Positions 14,487 through 28,026 of a stretch of 64,000 nt of DNA are shown here, one piece after another. Within the stretch, counting starts at the first letter, position 1, and each line of letters opens with the position of its first letter. The DNA is taken from assembly GCA_964016885.1 (NCBI GenBank), contig OZ024752.1, forward strand, positions 40,424,001-40,488,000. The letters run 5' to 3'. The position numbers and the translations under genes were made by a program. The stretch is from Eledone cirrhosa (lineage: Eukaryota). Below the pieces are notes generated by a model, which had not been told where the DNA came from, ran no database searches, and worked only from the letters and a program-made list of their open reading frames with translations.

Positions 14487-14657
14487 TCGATGAAATTGAC
14501 TCCAGTGCATGACTGGTACTTTAATTTATCGACCCCGTAAGGATGAAAGGCAAAGTTAACCTGGGGCGGGATTTGAACTCAGATCATAAAGGGCCGTAAC
14601 TCTGTGCGGCAAAGCATGGCGTCCGACCCTCTACCGATACTGCCAATCCACCGCCCT
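14485..14657 (-). mobile_element. SINE family A
   Basis: A and B boxes plus the family A body. Confidence 0.8.
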
Positions 14658-15139
14658 ATAATTGCCAGAAATAATAACAGAACACACTCACTCCATAGTT
14701 AATTCATTTGGCCATCTATGTTTATCATTGACTGAAACAGATAGAGTTATACTTTGGGAGGGTCAAGCTGCCAATAAAAACACACACACACACCTGTTGG
14801 TTTCCAATTCAATTTATAAGTTTCCGGTTGGTTGGTTGAAGGAATTAGACATTTCAGTCAGAATCGTCTAATTTCGTGAAACCTTGAGTAATGGAATAAT
14901 TATAGTGTTGTTTATTATATAATTAAATAGCTCTTTACTATACACAGAGCACTCTTCTTACCATTACCTTTACTACGGAAATACATAGCACACACACACA
15001 TATATGGACAGTCGATCGACTTTCGTCAAATCGGACCGAGGAAACAATGTTTCCGTTGGTCTTTCCAATTGCTAGTACTCTCTATCGGTCGCAACTCCAG
15101 GTAGAAGGAGCAACGTGAAATAAAGTGTCTTGCTCAAGG

Positions 15140-15192
<53 letters not shown>

Positions 15193-15236
15193 ATGTATTG
15201 TGTATGTATGTATGTATGTGTGTGTATATATATATA

Positions 15237-15479
15237 TCATCATCACCATTTTACGTCCGCTTTTCCCTGATTGCAAGGGTTGGACAGGTCCTATTCAGCA
15301 CAGCATCTCTCCACCCGCCACGGTCCTTCGTCCTCTCCTCGGTGAGTTTCAGCGATCTGAGGTCAGCTCTCACCACCTCCACCCATGTTTTTCGTGGTCT
15401 TCCTCTACTGCATCTTCCCTCCACTTGGACTTCCTGGCACTTCTTCACCCATCGGCCATCCTCCATGCACATCACATGT

Positions 15480-15482
<3 letters not shown>
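15237..15482 (-). mobile_element. RTE LINE 3' end
   Basis: [16 protein letters not shown]...[15 protein letters not shown]...DRGGWR with tail ggacgtaaaatggtgatgatga; same family as 32785-33256. Confidence 0.85.
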
Positions 15483-15538
<56 letters not shown>

Positions 15539-15563
15539 ATGTATTGTGTATGTATGTATGTAT

Positions 15564-15598
<35 letters not shown>

Positions 15599-15626
15599 CC
15601 ATGTATTGTGTATGTATGTATGTATC

Positions 15627-15672
<46 letters not shown>

Positions 15673-15750
15673 ATGTATTGTGTATGTATGTATGTATCTA
15701 TGTGTATATATATATATATATACCATGTATTGTGTATGTATGTATGTATC

Positions 15751-15790
<40 letters not shown>

Positions 15791-15808
15791 ATGTATTGTG
15801 TATGTATC

Positions 15809-15866
<58 letters not shown>

Positions 15867-15890
15867 ATGTATTGTGTATGTATGTATGTA

Positions 15891-15921
<31 letters not shown>

Positions 15922-15932
15922 CATGTATTGTG

Positions 15933-15985
<53 letters not shown>
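15483..15985. repeat. Tandem array of ccatgtattgtgtatgtatg units separated by variable (TA)n
   Basis: About 7 units. Confidence 0.85.
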
Positions 15986-15987
<2 letters not shown>

Positions 15988-16054
15988 CCGTGTGTGTATG
16001 TGTACGCTGTATCTATTGTGTGTATATGGATATGTGTCATATAAACAATGATAA

Positions 16055-16094
<40 letters not shown>

Positions 16095-16618
16095 AACCAC
16101 CCCTCATCCCTCATTCTGATTTAGGAAGGAAAAAATAGTGAATTGCGAGCATCTCGGAGGTGAGATTAGTTGAAAACAATGCAAAAACCCTGAGGGGGTG
16201 GGGGAATTCTTAGCGAATCCCAGCAGATGCTTTTCTATAATTTTATCCAAACAATATATTTGTGCTGATAACTAAAAATAAATACTTCAACAGAAATCAA
16301 AACAATGGGAGTAATTTATATATTTAGGTTCGTATTGTCAAGGTTTGCTCTCTTCCGAACCCCATTTGGGGTCTTGGGGTACGCTATCTTTGTGCGTCCA
16401 TCCCACGCATCTCTGGACAGGTCGTAGGCCCATCGCCAGTTTTTTTTGCGGCATGAAATAGAGACTGTGATATATTTTTTGAACAGGCCCCCCTCTACCT
16501 TAAGGTCTGAACATATCCTTTGTTAACTCACACGAAGGACAATATGGCATAGTATGTATGTACGTGCGTAAGAGTGTATTCATTTATCAAATAAAACAAC
16601 GTTGTTAAATTTTAATTA

Positions 16619-16796
16619 CCGTATTTCCCAGTGTCGAAGGTGCTACTTTTTTTCCTAAAATAAGTTTCAAAAATCTACTATGAGTCCTGGAGGCCGAACG
16701 TTGTTTATTATTATTTTTTTCAAACTTTTGGTTGTCAAAATAGGGTGCTAGGGTGCGTCCTTGCGGACGAAGCGTCTTCGGCACCGGGAAGTACGC
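16619..16796. mobile_element. pogo/Tigger-like MITE
   Basis: TA|ccgtatttccc ... gggaagtacgc|TA imperfect terminal inverted repeats. Confidence 0.55.
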
Positions 16797-17393
16797 TAGC
16801 TATTACAAATTTGATATCATATTTTGTCAAATATACAGAACATGAAAGCAGCATTGGTAAGGACTATAAATGCTATAAATGAGAGGAAAAAAAGGGGGGG
16901 GGGACAAGCAAGGAATATTGGGTAATGGAAGAAAGAAAAGTGGAAGCAGAGGGGTAACAGACTGTACACCTTAGTCAGAGTGGTATTTCGGCTGTGTCCT
17001 GTGGACAAAATGGCAAAGGCATTCCCGCAGACTATGGTCAGTGACACCCACTGCAACAATCACCTCACCTCGCGGGCTCCTTCCTTAGACGGATTGCTTG
17101 CGTCTTACATGACCAGTTCTATTTCCTTTAAGAATTTGTCTGAGAGTGTCAGAATGAGAGACATTTCTTAACGTTTGTAGATAATTTTAAATGTAATATA
17201 AGGTATACCTTTTAATAAATATACACAGTAGCTTCACCCCAGGTTTTATTTCTTGAAGGGCAGAGGTATGGGAATCAATCTAACTAGTTTCTAGTTTTCT
17301 TAGAGCTTCATCAGAGGAAGAATATCGATCTTCTGTCAGGAGCTATTTGATAATAATCTCTGTGGACAGAAGATGATTGGGTATTATTTCTCT

Positions 17394-17582
17394 GGGTGGT
17401 CGATTGGCAGTATCGGTAGAGGGTCGGGCACCATGCTTTGCAGTGTAGAGTTACGGCCCTTTATGGTTTGAGTTCAAATCTCGCCGAAGTTAACCTTGCC
17501 TTTCATCCTTATGGGGTTGATTAAATAAAGTACCAGTAATGCACTAGGATAATTGCTGGCCTTGTGCCTAAAGTAGAAACAA
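17394..17582 (+). mobile_element. SINE family A, full length, with target-site duplication
   Basis: A box TGGCAGTATCGG, B box GAGTTCAAATC, flanking duplication attatttctctg. Confidence 0.85.
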
Positions 17583-17704
17583 TTATTTCTCTGATAAAGA
17601 TTTAACAAGACTGGAAATTAATCAGGTGGATCCAACATTATCTGTCCATGAAAAGATAAAACATTCTTATAGCAGCTGCTGGCAACTTCTTTTCCCATCT
17701 TTAA

Positions 17705-17914
17705 CCCTTTAATGTTCAAAGTGGCCAAAATTCTCTACCTCTATCTGTTGAAACTGGCTGTAACTGGTCACTCAAACTGATGTTAAGGTATTGTTCTCAA
17801 AATAAATACTTTCAAAATCTCATAGATTCGATATTATGTGAGATAATTATGCGAGGTAAAGCCTTTGCCATGAAAATATAATAGAATATATAGAGTAATG
17901 TGAATGCTAAAGGG
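17705..17914. mobile_element. piggyBac-like MITE
   Basis: TTAA|CCCTTTA ... TAAAGGG|TTAA. Confidence 0.7.
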
Positions 17915-17988
17915 TTAAGGGTTTTCACCTTATTTTATAATCTATTTTATAGCATCTCTATACATAAGCACTCTACTCTTTATATTAA

Positions 17989-19059
17989 CTCCTTAACATT
18001 TAAACCGGCCATATCTTGCCAGAAATCTCTTGCCCCTTTTTGTTCAAACTGGTTGTAACTGGATGTTCATACTGATGTTAAGGTATTGTTCTCAATATCA
18101 ATAATATTAAAATCTCATAAATTCCATATTATGTGAGATATTATGTGAGGTAAAGCCTTTACCATGAAAATACAATAGTATATATAGAGTAATGTGAATG
18201 TTATGTGAGATATTATGTGAGGTAAAGTCTTTACCATGAAAATACAATAGTATATATAGAGTAATGTGAATGTTATGTGAGGTATTATGTGAGATAAAGC
18301 CTTACCATGAAAATACAATAGTATATATAGAATAATGTGAATGTTATGCGAGATATTATGTGAGATAAAGCCTTTACCATGAAAATACAATAGTATATAT
18401 AGAGTAATGTGAATGTTATGTGAGATATTATGTGAGGTAAAGCCTTTACCATGAAAATACAATAGTATATATAGAGTAATGTGAATGTTATGTGAGATAT
18501 TATGTGAGGTAAAGCCTTTACCATGAAAATACAATAGTATATATAGAGTAATGTAAATGTTATGTGAGATATTATGTGAGGTAAAGCCTTTACCATGAAA
18601 ATACAATAGTATATATAGAGTAATGTAAATGTTATGTGAGATATTATGTGAGGTAAAGCCTTTACCATGAAAATACAATAGTATATATAGAGTAATGTGA
18701 ATGTTATGTGAGATAAAGCCTTTACCATGAAAATACAATAGTATATATAGAATAATGTGAATGTTATGTGAGATATTATGTGAGATAAAGCCTTTACCAT
18801 GAAAATACAATAGTATATATAGAGTAATGTGAATGTTATGTGAGATATTATGTGAGATAAAGCCTTTACCATGAAAATACAATAGTATATATAGAGTAAT
18901 GTGAATGTTATGTGAGATATTATGTGAGATAAAGCCTTTACCATGAAAATACAATAGTATATATAGAGTAATGTGAATGTTATGTGAGATATTATGTGAG
19001 GTAAAGCCTTTACAATGAAAATACAATAGTATATATAGAGTAATGTAAGTGCTAAAGGG
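17989..19059. mobile_element. piggyBac-like MITE with internal 72-bp satellite (~13 units)
   Basis: Same body as 17705-17914, right end gctaaaggg|TTAA; accatgaaaatac recurs every 72 bp. Confidence 0.75.
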
Positions 19060-19462
19060 TTAAATAAATCATTCTGTTTTCGACAGAGTTTCTTCCTCCT
19101 TCTCATCCTCTTCTTCCTCCTTCTCATCCACCGCATCATCGTTATCCTCCTTACCATCATCACCATCATCAATTAATGTCTGTTCTCTCTGCTAGCAAAA
19201 GTTAGATGAGTCATTACAGACCAAGGCCAGTTCTTGATTGGAGCACTGTGAAATGAAGTGTCTTGCTCAAGGACACACTGCTATGTTGGATAGCTGAAAC
19301 ACTCCTAAACAATACATGTCCAATGAAAGGAAATTAATTAGTAGAAAATCTAATTAGTAGAAATCTAATTAGTCTATCATGCCACAGTCAAAACCAATTC
19401 TACATCCTCCTTCCTATATTGGGTTAACTTAGTGCAATTAACACTTTCAGTTGGTAATTCTA

Positions 19463-19650
19463 CGAGAGTCGGCTGAAAAGCTCATAGGCTGACCAAGATA
19501 CTCTCATGGAATGACCAAATGAGGTTTATTTTTCAACATAGTCCCTGGAAAGAAACATTGCAGTTATTAATAAGAAGAGTTGAAATTGGTACATGCAAGA
19601 TTTCACAGCACTAGCACCACTCCTTCATAGTCAGCTTATGAACTTTTCCT
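19463..19650. mobile_element. Mariner-like MITE
   Basis: TA|cgagagtcggctgaaaagctcataggctgac ... gtcagcttatgaacttttc. Confidence 0.65.
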
Positions 19651-19820
19651 TGTAAATGAAAGACTCATACCTCACTATTGTTTTGGAAACATTGTTTTCC
19701 TTGGTCCAATTTGACAAGTTCCACCCTACTGGGTAAATGAGTGAGGTCTGGGATCTTGTTCAATCAAACCATTCAAAACCATCTGGAGAATTCTATCAGA
19801 CTAAGTCATATATCATTAAT

Positions 19821-20009
19821 TGTTTCTACTTTAGGCACAAGGCCAGCAATTATCCCAGTGCATTACTGGTACTTTATTTTATCGACCCCGTAAGGATGAA
19901 AGGCAAAGTCAACCTCGGCGGGATTTGAACTCAGCTCGTAAAGGGACGTAACTCTATGCTGGAAAGCATGGCGTCCGACCCTCCACCGATACTGCCAATC
20001 CACTGCCCT
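19821..20009 (-). mobile_element. SINE family A with 19-bp target-site duplication
   Basis: taagtcatatatcattaat at 19802-19820 and 20010-20028. Confidence 0.9.
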
Positions 20010-20249
20010 TAAGTCATATATCATTAATGGAGTCTGTTTGAGATGCAAGCCCAACAATTTTGGCCAGAGGGGGGAAAGCCAATTAACCTTTTAGCATTTA
20101 AACCAGCTGAATCTGGCCAGAGTTCTTCAAGCAGGGAACAGCGGATGTAAAATGATGATGATGATATATATATATATAATGAAAAGGACCTCTATACATT
20201 AATTGATATAAAACACAATTCTCATTATACAATTAACTATAACTAATTA

Positions 20250-20835
20250 ATAGTTTCTACTTTTGGCACAAGGCCAGCAATTACCCAGTGTATTACTGGT
20301 ACTTTATTTTATCGACCCCGCAAGGATGAAAGGCAAAGTTAACCTCGGCGGGATTTGAACTCAGAATGGCAAGGGCCGTAACTCTATGCGTCAAAGCATG
20401 GCGTCCGACCCTCTACCGATACTGCCAATCCACCTCTCATTAATTTAATTGTTTCTACTTCAGGCACAAGGCCAGCAATTACCCAGTACATTACTGGTAC
20501 TTTATTTTATCGACCCCGCAAGGATGAAAGGCAAAGTTAACCTCGGCGGGATTTGAACTCAGAATGGCAAGGGCCGTAACTCTATGCGTCAAAGCATGGC
20601 GTCCGAGCCTCTACCGATACTGCCAATCCACCTCTCATTAATTTAATTGTTTCTACTTCAGGCACAAGGCCAGCAATTACCCAGTACATTACTGGTACTT
20701 TATTTTATTGACCCCGCAAGGATGAAAGGCAAAGTTAACCTCGGCGGGATTTGAACTCAGAATGGCAAGGGCCGTAACTCTATGCGCCAAAGCATGGCGT
20801 CCGAGCCTCTACCGATACTGCCAATCCACCGCCCT
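20250..20835 (-). mobile_element. Tandem trimer of SINE family A (~199-bp period)
   Basis: Three head-to-tail copies joined by ccacctctcattaatttaattgtttc. Confidence 0.9.
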
Positions 20836-21019
20836 AATTAATGCATCATCATCATTGTCTGACATCTGCTTTCCCTGCTAGCAATGATTGGATGGGTCTT
20901 GATAGACCAAGTCAGTACTGAAGCAAGGATGCTGACCTTCCCAGTCTGACCAGGGAGACTGCATCTTGCTTACGTATGGTCTCACATTCTACCAAAGTGC
21001 ACAGGAGAAGTTGTCATGT

Positions 21020-21690
21020 CTTTGACACAACTGAAGGGTCTCCTCTTAACTCCTTATCTGACAAGCTTTCTACAGCTGGATGCCCTTTCTCACAGCAACC
21101 ACTTTACAATGTCTATTGGGTGCTTTTATCATGTGGATCACCAGCACTAGGGAGGTTGAGGTTGTGTACTTGACACAACTGAAGGGTCCCCTTAACTCCT
21201 TGTTTGGCAAGCTTTCTACAGCTGGATGCCCTTTCTCACAGCAACCACTTTACAATGTCTATTGGGTGCTTTTATCATGTGGATCACCAGCACTAGGGAG
21301 GTTGAGGTTGTGTACTTGACACAACTGAAGGGTCCCCTTAACTCCTTGTTTGGCAAGCTTTCTACAGCTGGATGCCCTTTCTCACAGCAACCACTTTACA
21401 ATGTCTATTGGGTGCTTTTATCATGTGGATCACCAGCACTAGGGAGGTTGAGGTTGTGTACTTGACACAACTGAAGGGTCCCCTTAACTGCTTGTTTGGC
21501 AAGCTTTCTACAGCTGGATGCCCTTTCTCACAGCAACCACTTTACAATGTCTATTGGGTGCTTTTATCATGTGGATCACCAGCACTAGGGAGGTTGAGGT
21601 TGTGTACTTGACACAACTGAAGGGTCCTCTTAACTCCATGTTTGGCAAGCTTTCTATATTTGGATGCCCTTTCTCACAGCAACCACTTTA
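21020..21690. repeat. 146-bp tandem array derived from the tttctacagctggatgccc module
   Basis: ORF starts at 21080, 21226, 21372 and 21518. Confidence 0.9.
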
Positions 21691-21899
21691 CAGTCCAGAA
21701 TGGACTTTAAAATGTGTTTGCTATGGTGTCATGGTTTCTGATTTGGGCACAAGGCCCCCAATTCTTTGGATAGGAAAGTCTATGAAATCCTCCCCCAGTG
21801 CATTACTGGTACTTTATTTTATCGACTCTAAGGATCAAAGGCAAGGCTTACCTCAGCAGGATTTGAACTCAGAATGTAAAGTGTTATAATTATATGGTA

Positions 21900-22475
21900 T
21901 TTGGCAGTATCGGTAGAGAGTCGGTCACCATGCTTTCTAGCATAGTTACGTCCCTTTACAGTCTGAGTTCAAATCCCGCCGAGGTTAACTTTGCCTTTCA
22001 TCCTTACGGGGTCGATAAAATAAAGTACCAGTAATGTACTGGGTGATTGCTGGCCTTGTGCCTAAAGTAGAAACAATTAAATTAATGAGAGGTGGATTGG
22101 CAGTATCGGTAGAGGGTCGAACGCCATACTTTGGCGCATAGAGTTACGGCCCTTGCCATTCTGAGTTCAAATCCCGCCGAGGTTAACTTTGCCTTTCATC
22201 CTTACGGGGTCGATAAAATAAAGTACCAGTAATGTACTGGGTAATTGCTGGCCTTGTGCCTAAAGTAGAAACAATTAAATTAATGAGAGGTGGATTGGCA
22301 GTATCGGTAGAGGGTCGGACGCCATACTTTGGCGCATAGAGTTACGGCCCTTGCCATTCTGAGTTCAAATCCCGCCGAGGTTAACTTTGCCTTTCATCCT
22401 TACGGGGTCGATAAAATAAAGTACCAGTAATGTACTGGGTAATTGCTGGCCTTGTGCCTAAAGTAGAAACAATTA
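21900..22475 (+). mobile_element. Tandem trimer of SINE family A
   Basis: Three copies joined by gaaacaattaaattaatgagaggtgg. Confidence 0.9.
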
Positions 22476-23654
22476 AATTGTGAGGTAAATCTACATTCCC
22501 ATTTCTCAGATAGGATGAGGGTCTGTTACTATCCCTAGAGCAGCATTTTTCAACCTTTTTTTTTTTTTTTTTTTTTTTATCTTTGTGGAACCCTTGGAAT
22601 AGTTTTTATGTCTTAGGGAACCCCTGCATAAAAATTATTCTATACCATTATTGATATCTATTTGATATTTTTATATTTTCTGGGCTCTATCTTATGAGTC
22701 ACTGTAAATAATAGTTTGGATAAGTCCATGGCGGGATCCAAATCTGATTGGTGTATATTTACCTTGAAATCTTATTTGTAACTTGCAGGTGGTATTTCTA
22801 CATAGGACCCCCTAACTCCTATTATGAAGTAACACATTACACTATAGCCTGTTCTATTTTAGTTAGTTTGTTATTTCCACTTACATAACATGCTTTTATT
22901 TTTTAACAATTAATTGTCCCCCCCCCCCCCCCCCCCGCGCCTCATTTTTTATCAGTTCCTGTTTACAATAAAAAGAGTTGGGGGGTATTCGTCAAATGTG
23001 TATGTGGATATTATTTTTACTGAATTCCATTACATTTAGGACTTACGGGTTTTTTTTTTTTATTGAAATTCTTTTACATTTAATCACTCCCAAAGTTCCT
23101 CTTTGCGCTATAGAATTTCTTCTTAGTAATGAAAAAAAACCCACAAAACTATATTTTATCCTATGGTGATGGTTAGTAACAGAAGAGAAAAGAGAAATAT
23201 ATATATATATATAAGGGTAAGTAAGTGATTTGATGGCTTGGAAGAAAATTGTAAACAAGAAAGAAAGACACAGTGTGTCAAGTGAGAAATCATTTGGTTC
23301 TGTCATGAGTGCAAAAAAGAATATAAATAGTAATATAAAAATAATTAGTTTTTCTGGGTTAAAATTTTGTAGAAAAATGAAACCCACTTGTTTGGACAAA
23401 ACAAGGAAGCTTTATTTAAAGTGAAAGACAGACAGACGAAAATTTGTGAGAAAGAGATATTATTAGGAAGAAATAATGAGATCAAGGCAAAAAAAAAAAA
23501 AAGTTTCAAAGTAAGCATGTTCTCTTCCTGTTAAACTACAAACAATTCTAATCTTTTAACATTCACATTACTCTATATATACTATTATATTTTCATGGTA
23601 AAGGTTTTACCTTACATAATTATCTCACATAACATTTACATGACTCTATATATA

Positions 23655-24144
23655 AGGCGGGTAAAATTCCCGAGATCCATGCCATATCCTGCATCTCCAA
23701 CAGACCAGTGTCTGTCCTTAGGGCATCAACATATGTTAACCTTGGTCTTCCTCTTCTAGTGTGTCCATGTAGGGGCTCCCAAAGGAGCACTGAGTGCAAT
23801 GTCAACTCTGGATGTCGGTGAGCATGTCCAGCCAACCTCAGTCTCCTCTGTGTCACTTTTGAGCTGACTTTTGGGATGCTCCCATACAGCTCTGAGTTTT
23901 TCATCCTCAGTGTATACTGATTAATGTTCAGAGCCATCCTCAGCATTCTCGTGTAGCACCCATCCACCATCTGAGTGAGTCTCTTGGTCAGTGTCCAAGT
24001 CTCAGACCCATACAGCAGCACAGACTCCACTACAGCAATGAAGAGGCGGATTTTCAGGTCTCTACGAAGGTCCGACTTCCACACCGATCTCAAGCTGTGG
24101 ACACGCCGCCCAGGCCTGGGAATACGGAAGATGATGTGGTTGAG
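23655..24144 (-). mobile_element. RTE LINE fragment inserted in a piggyBac-like MITE, 15-bp target-site duplication
   Basis: LKIRLFIAVVESVLLYGSETWTL...RRLRLAGH...GRPRLTYVD; atgactctatatata at 23640-23654 and 24145-24159. Confidence 0.85.
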
Positions 24145-24655
24145 ATGACTCTATATATACTATTATATTTTCATGGTAAAGGCTTTACCTTGCATAATTA
24201 TCTCACATAATATCAAATCTATGAGATTTTGCAAGTATTTATTTTGAGAATAATACCCTAACATCAGTATGAGCGACCAGTTACGGCCAGTTTCAACAGA
24301 TGGAGGTAGAGAATTTTGGCCTGTTTGAATATTAAAGGGTTAAATTATTTTTTTAAGAATGTTCCTTTTCTCAGGGGTATGCCATGAGAAAATATAGAAA
24401 CTGGATTAAGTGTGGATGTTCTGCATTGATTAATTTCATATTTTGTATTTTAATGTACTTTGTTTTAATCTTTCTGTTCCCTTAATATCTGATGTCTTTG
24501 TATTTTGAAATATAGTGTAACATCGGTTCACGAATGCCTCGCATCATAAACAATTCAGTTCACGTACAATTTTTACTAATATAAAACATAGCTATATATA
24601 TAAGTTGTGTATGTATGTATGTATGTATGTATGTATGTATATATGTGTGTATATA

Positions 24656-25460
24656 TCATCATCATCATCATCATCGTTTAATGTCCATTTTCCACGCTTG
24701 CATGGGTCTGGACAGGAATTGTCCCACTTGAGGCAAGAGTGGTTGTCTTGCTCGTATAGGACTGTCTGGCGGGTTTTCTACGGCTGGATGCCCTTCCTAA
24801 CACCAACCACGTTTACAGTGTGGACTGGGAGGTTTTTACCGTGTTACCTACACGGCCACATTACAGCGTGGACTGTGTTTTTTTTGTCGTGACACCTACA
24901 CGTCTGGCGGGTTTTCTACGGCTGCGTGCCCTTCCCAACACCAACCACGTTTACAGTGTGGACTGGGAGGTTTTTACCGTGTTACCTACACGGCCACATT
25001 ACAGCGTGGACTGTGTTTTTTTTGTCGTGACACCTACACGTCTGGCGGGTTTTCTACAGCTGCGTGCCCTTCCCAACACCAACCACGTTTACAGTGTGGA
25101 CTGGGAGGTTTTTACCGTGTTACCTACACGGCCACATTACAGCGTGGACTGTGTTTTTTTTGTCGTGACACCTACACGTCTGGCGGGTTTTCTACGGCTG
25201 CGTGCCCTTCCCAACACCAACCACATTTACAGTGTGGACTGGGAGGTTTTTACCGTGTTACCTACGCGGCCACATTAGAGCGTGGACTGTGTTTTTTTGT
25301 GGTGACACCTACACGTCTGGCGGGTTTTCTACGGCTGCGTGCCCTTCCCAACACCAACCACATTTACAGTGTGGACTGGGAGGTTTTTACTGTGGTACCT
25401 ACACGACCACATTACAGCGTGGACTGTGTGTTTTTTTTTGTCGTGACACCTACACGACCT
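24656..25460 (-). mobile_element. Family C element with 138-bp tandem array
   Basis: (CAT)n end; cgtctggcggg at 24901, 25039 and 25177. Confidence 0.8.
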
Positions 25461-25464
25461 CATT

Positions 25465-25495
<31 letters not shown>

Positions 25496-25810
25496 ATATA
25501 CATACACACACACATAACATTTACATTACATATATATTTACATATATATTTACATTACATATATATTTACATATATATATATATATATAATACAAATAGT
25601 GAAAACAATGAAATTAAACAAAATACGGGTAATTCATAGTAAAACTCATTATTTTACAATCGTTTCTGGGGGGGGGGGGGGTAGTTTTCCGTATGTTCAT
25701 TCTATTATTAATCTATGTAAAATATATTACAAATTATCAAAGTAAGAAAATATACATATGTCTTCTCTACCCGCCATCTTCAGAAATAATGAGTATATAT
25801 ATATATGTGT

Positions 25811-26361
25811 ATCATCATCATCATCATCATCAACGTTTAACGTCCGTGTTCCACGCTTGCATGGGTTTGGACGGGGGTAGTCCCACTTGAGGCAAGAGTG
25901 ATTGTCTTGCTCGCATAGGGCTGTCTGGCCGGTTTTCTACAGTTGGATGCCCTTCCTAACACCAACCACATTTACAGTGTGGGTCTGGGAGGTTTTTACT
26001 GTGTTGCCTACACGGCCACATTACAGCGTGGACTGTGTGTTTTTTTGTCGTGACACCTACACGATCTCATTTGTTTCGGCCTGGATGGCGCGGCACCAAC
26101 ATAACTTTACATAGAACGGGGTGGTGTGGGTGGGGTGGTGTGGGTGGGGTGGTGGTGGTGGCGGGACGGGGTGTATTTTGTTAGAGATGCCTACTGGCAA
26201 GGCGGGTCTTCTCTGTTACTGAGTACCGCCAAAGGTCTCGGTCCAGTGACATTGTCTTGGAGAGGTGTAAGTGTGTTGTCGGTGATGGCAAGTATGCCAT
26301 CATCGTTAAGTACACACTTCTCCCCGACAATATCACGGTTTTCCTTGACGCATTGCCTGGC
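25811..26361 (-). mobile_element. Longest family C copy, carrying an RTE ORF remnant at its 5' end
   Basis: Minus strand 26361-26270 translates [28 protein letters not shown], like an RTE EN-RT linker; (CAT)n tail at 25811. Confidence 0.7.
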
Positions 26362-26384
26362 ATATATATATATATATAATCATA

Positions 26385-26434
<50 letters not shown>

Positions 26435-26784
26435 GTAAATATGTATATATATATGTAAATATGTATATATATATGTATATATGTATATATAAGATATGTA
26501 TATATGTATATATAAGATATGTATATATGTAAATATGTATATATGTATATATATATATATACATAATATATATATATGTATATATAAGATATATATATAT
26601 ATATATATAATATATATATATGTATATATAATATATATATATATATGTATATATAAGATATATATATATATATATATAAATACATATATATATAATATAT
26701 ATAATATATATACACATATATAATATATATATAATATATATACACATATATAATATATATATAATATATATACACATATATAAA

Positions 26785-26841
<57 letters not shown>

Positions 26842-27090
26842 TACACATATATAATATATATATCATATATACATATATATATTATATATATATTTATATA
26901 TATTATATATATATATGTAATATATATAATTATATATATTATATATATATATGTAATATATATAATTATATATATGTATATATATGTATATATATATAAT
27001 ATATATTATATATATGTATATATATATAATATATATATATATATAACAACTAAGCCATGTGCCTCCATATATATATATATATATATTTAC
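26362..27090. repeat. (TA)n-rich low-complexity tract
   Basis: Seen directly. Confidence 0.9.
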
Positions 27091-27354
27091 AAACCAAAGT
27101 ATCATCTCCCTGTTTTCCTTTGGTTGCAACGTTTTTCGAAATATTTACTTCTGCGTTCACAAATTGATTTTTTTAGTTTTAGAAGACCCCGTTAAGGGTG
27201 AAAGAAACGATTCTTTGCTTAAATTTTAATGTTATTTTAATAAATATTTGTTCTAGGGTTCTTATATATATGATATATATTTATCCTTATCGAACCCTCT
27301 TTGGATTTTAGTCTTCAAATTTATTATTATTACTATTATTATTATTGTTGTTAT

Positions 27355-28026
27355 TACTCTTTGAGTCTCAGTCATTGATGTTAGTTAACTGGAAAGTTTG
27401 TTGAGATGAATATCAAGCCACTACCTACAGCCTCAGATATTCAGGACGTATCGGAGGGTTCTTGCTGTTCCCAACAAGCATGCCTTTTGAAGCGTTCCAA
27501 AAAGCGTGAAGGGGCCAATTTTCTTTAACCATCCCTGGAAACTTTTTGAGATAGTCCCTAGTGCGCCTATGACAATCGGGATCACTTTGACTTCATGGCA
27601 GTTCCAAATCCTTTTTACCTCCCACTTTAAGTCCTGGTATCGGTTAATTTTCTCCCTCTCCTTCTCTTGCACTCTCGTGTCGAATGGACAGGCCACATCC
27701 ACAATCAGGCACGATCTTTTTTCTTTGTCCAAAACCACCAGGTCAAGTCAATTGTGTTCCAGTTTCTTGTCCGTCTGTATCCTAAAATCCCACAGCACCT
27801 TCACCTGATCGTTTTCTATCACCGCCTCTGGCCTATGCTCATACCACTTCTCAGAATGTGGTAAACTGTTTACTTTGCACAGGTGCCAGTGGATCACCCT
27901 GCCCATCACATCATGTCTCCAGCCCTTATAGTGGGTCTGGGCTAGGTGTTTACACTCGGATACAATGTGAGCCACAGTCTCCTCTCTCTCTCCACAGATC
28001 CTGCACAGTGGGCTAGCCTCCTCCTT
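27355..28026 (-). mobile_element. R4/Dong-clade non-LTR retrotransposon 3' fragment (CCHC knuckle plus restriction-like endonuclease), inactivated
   Basis: CRICGEREETVAHIVSEC, RHD, LWDFRIQTD, HN*LDLVV (expected RPD), IVDVACP, KINRYQDL, PIVIGALG, LQKACLLGTARTLR; (TAA)n on both sides. Confidence 0.85.

Noticed and set aside
14828-14895. Hammerhead (ttgaagg-aattagac...gtctaatt-tcgtgaaac)
   Set aside because: The hairpin and GAAA are present, but the core is not CUGANGA and there is no stem I. At most a decayed copy.
15483-15985. Repeat-spacer appearance
   Set aside because: The spacers are only (TA)n of variable length.
16980-17171. Unique 63-aa ORF
   Set aside because: Weak splice context and no recognisable domain; cannot be supported as coding.
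18115-19172. ~300-aa repetitive ORFs
   Set aside because: Produced by a 72-bp (multiple of 3) satellite inside a MITE.
24095-24144. Twin-priming 5' inversion in the RTE insert
   Set aside because: The minus strand continues as QAWAAC-HSLRSVWKS with a 1-bp frameshift, so no inversion is needed.
27175-27222. Hammerhead-like agaaga-ccc...ggg-tgaaa (related to 9690-9720)
   Set aside because: Lacks C3/U4 and a pairing stem I or III.
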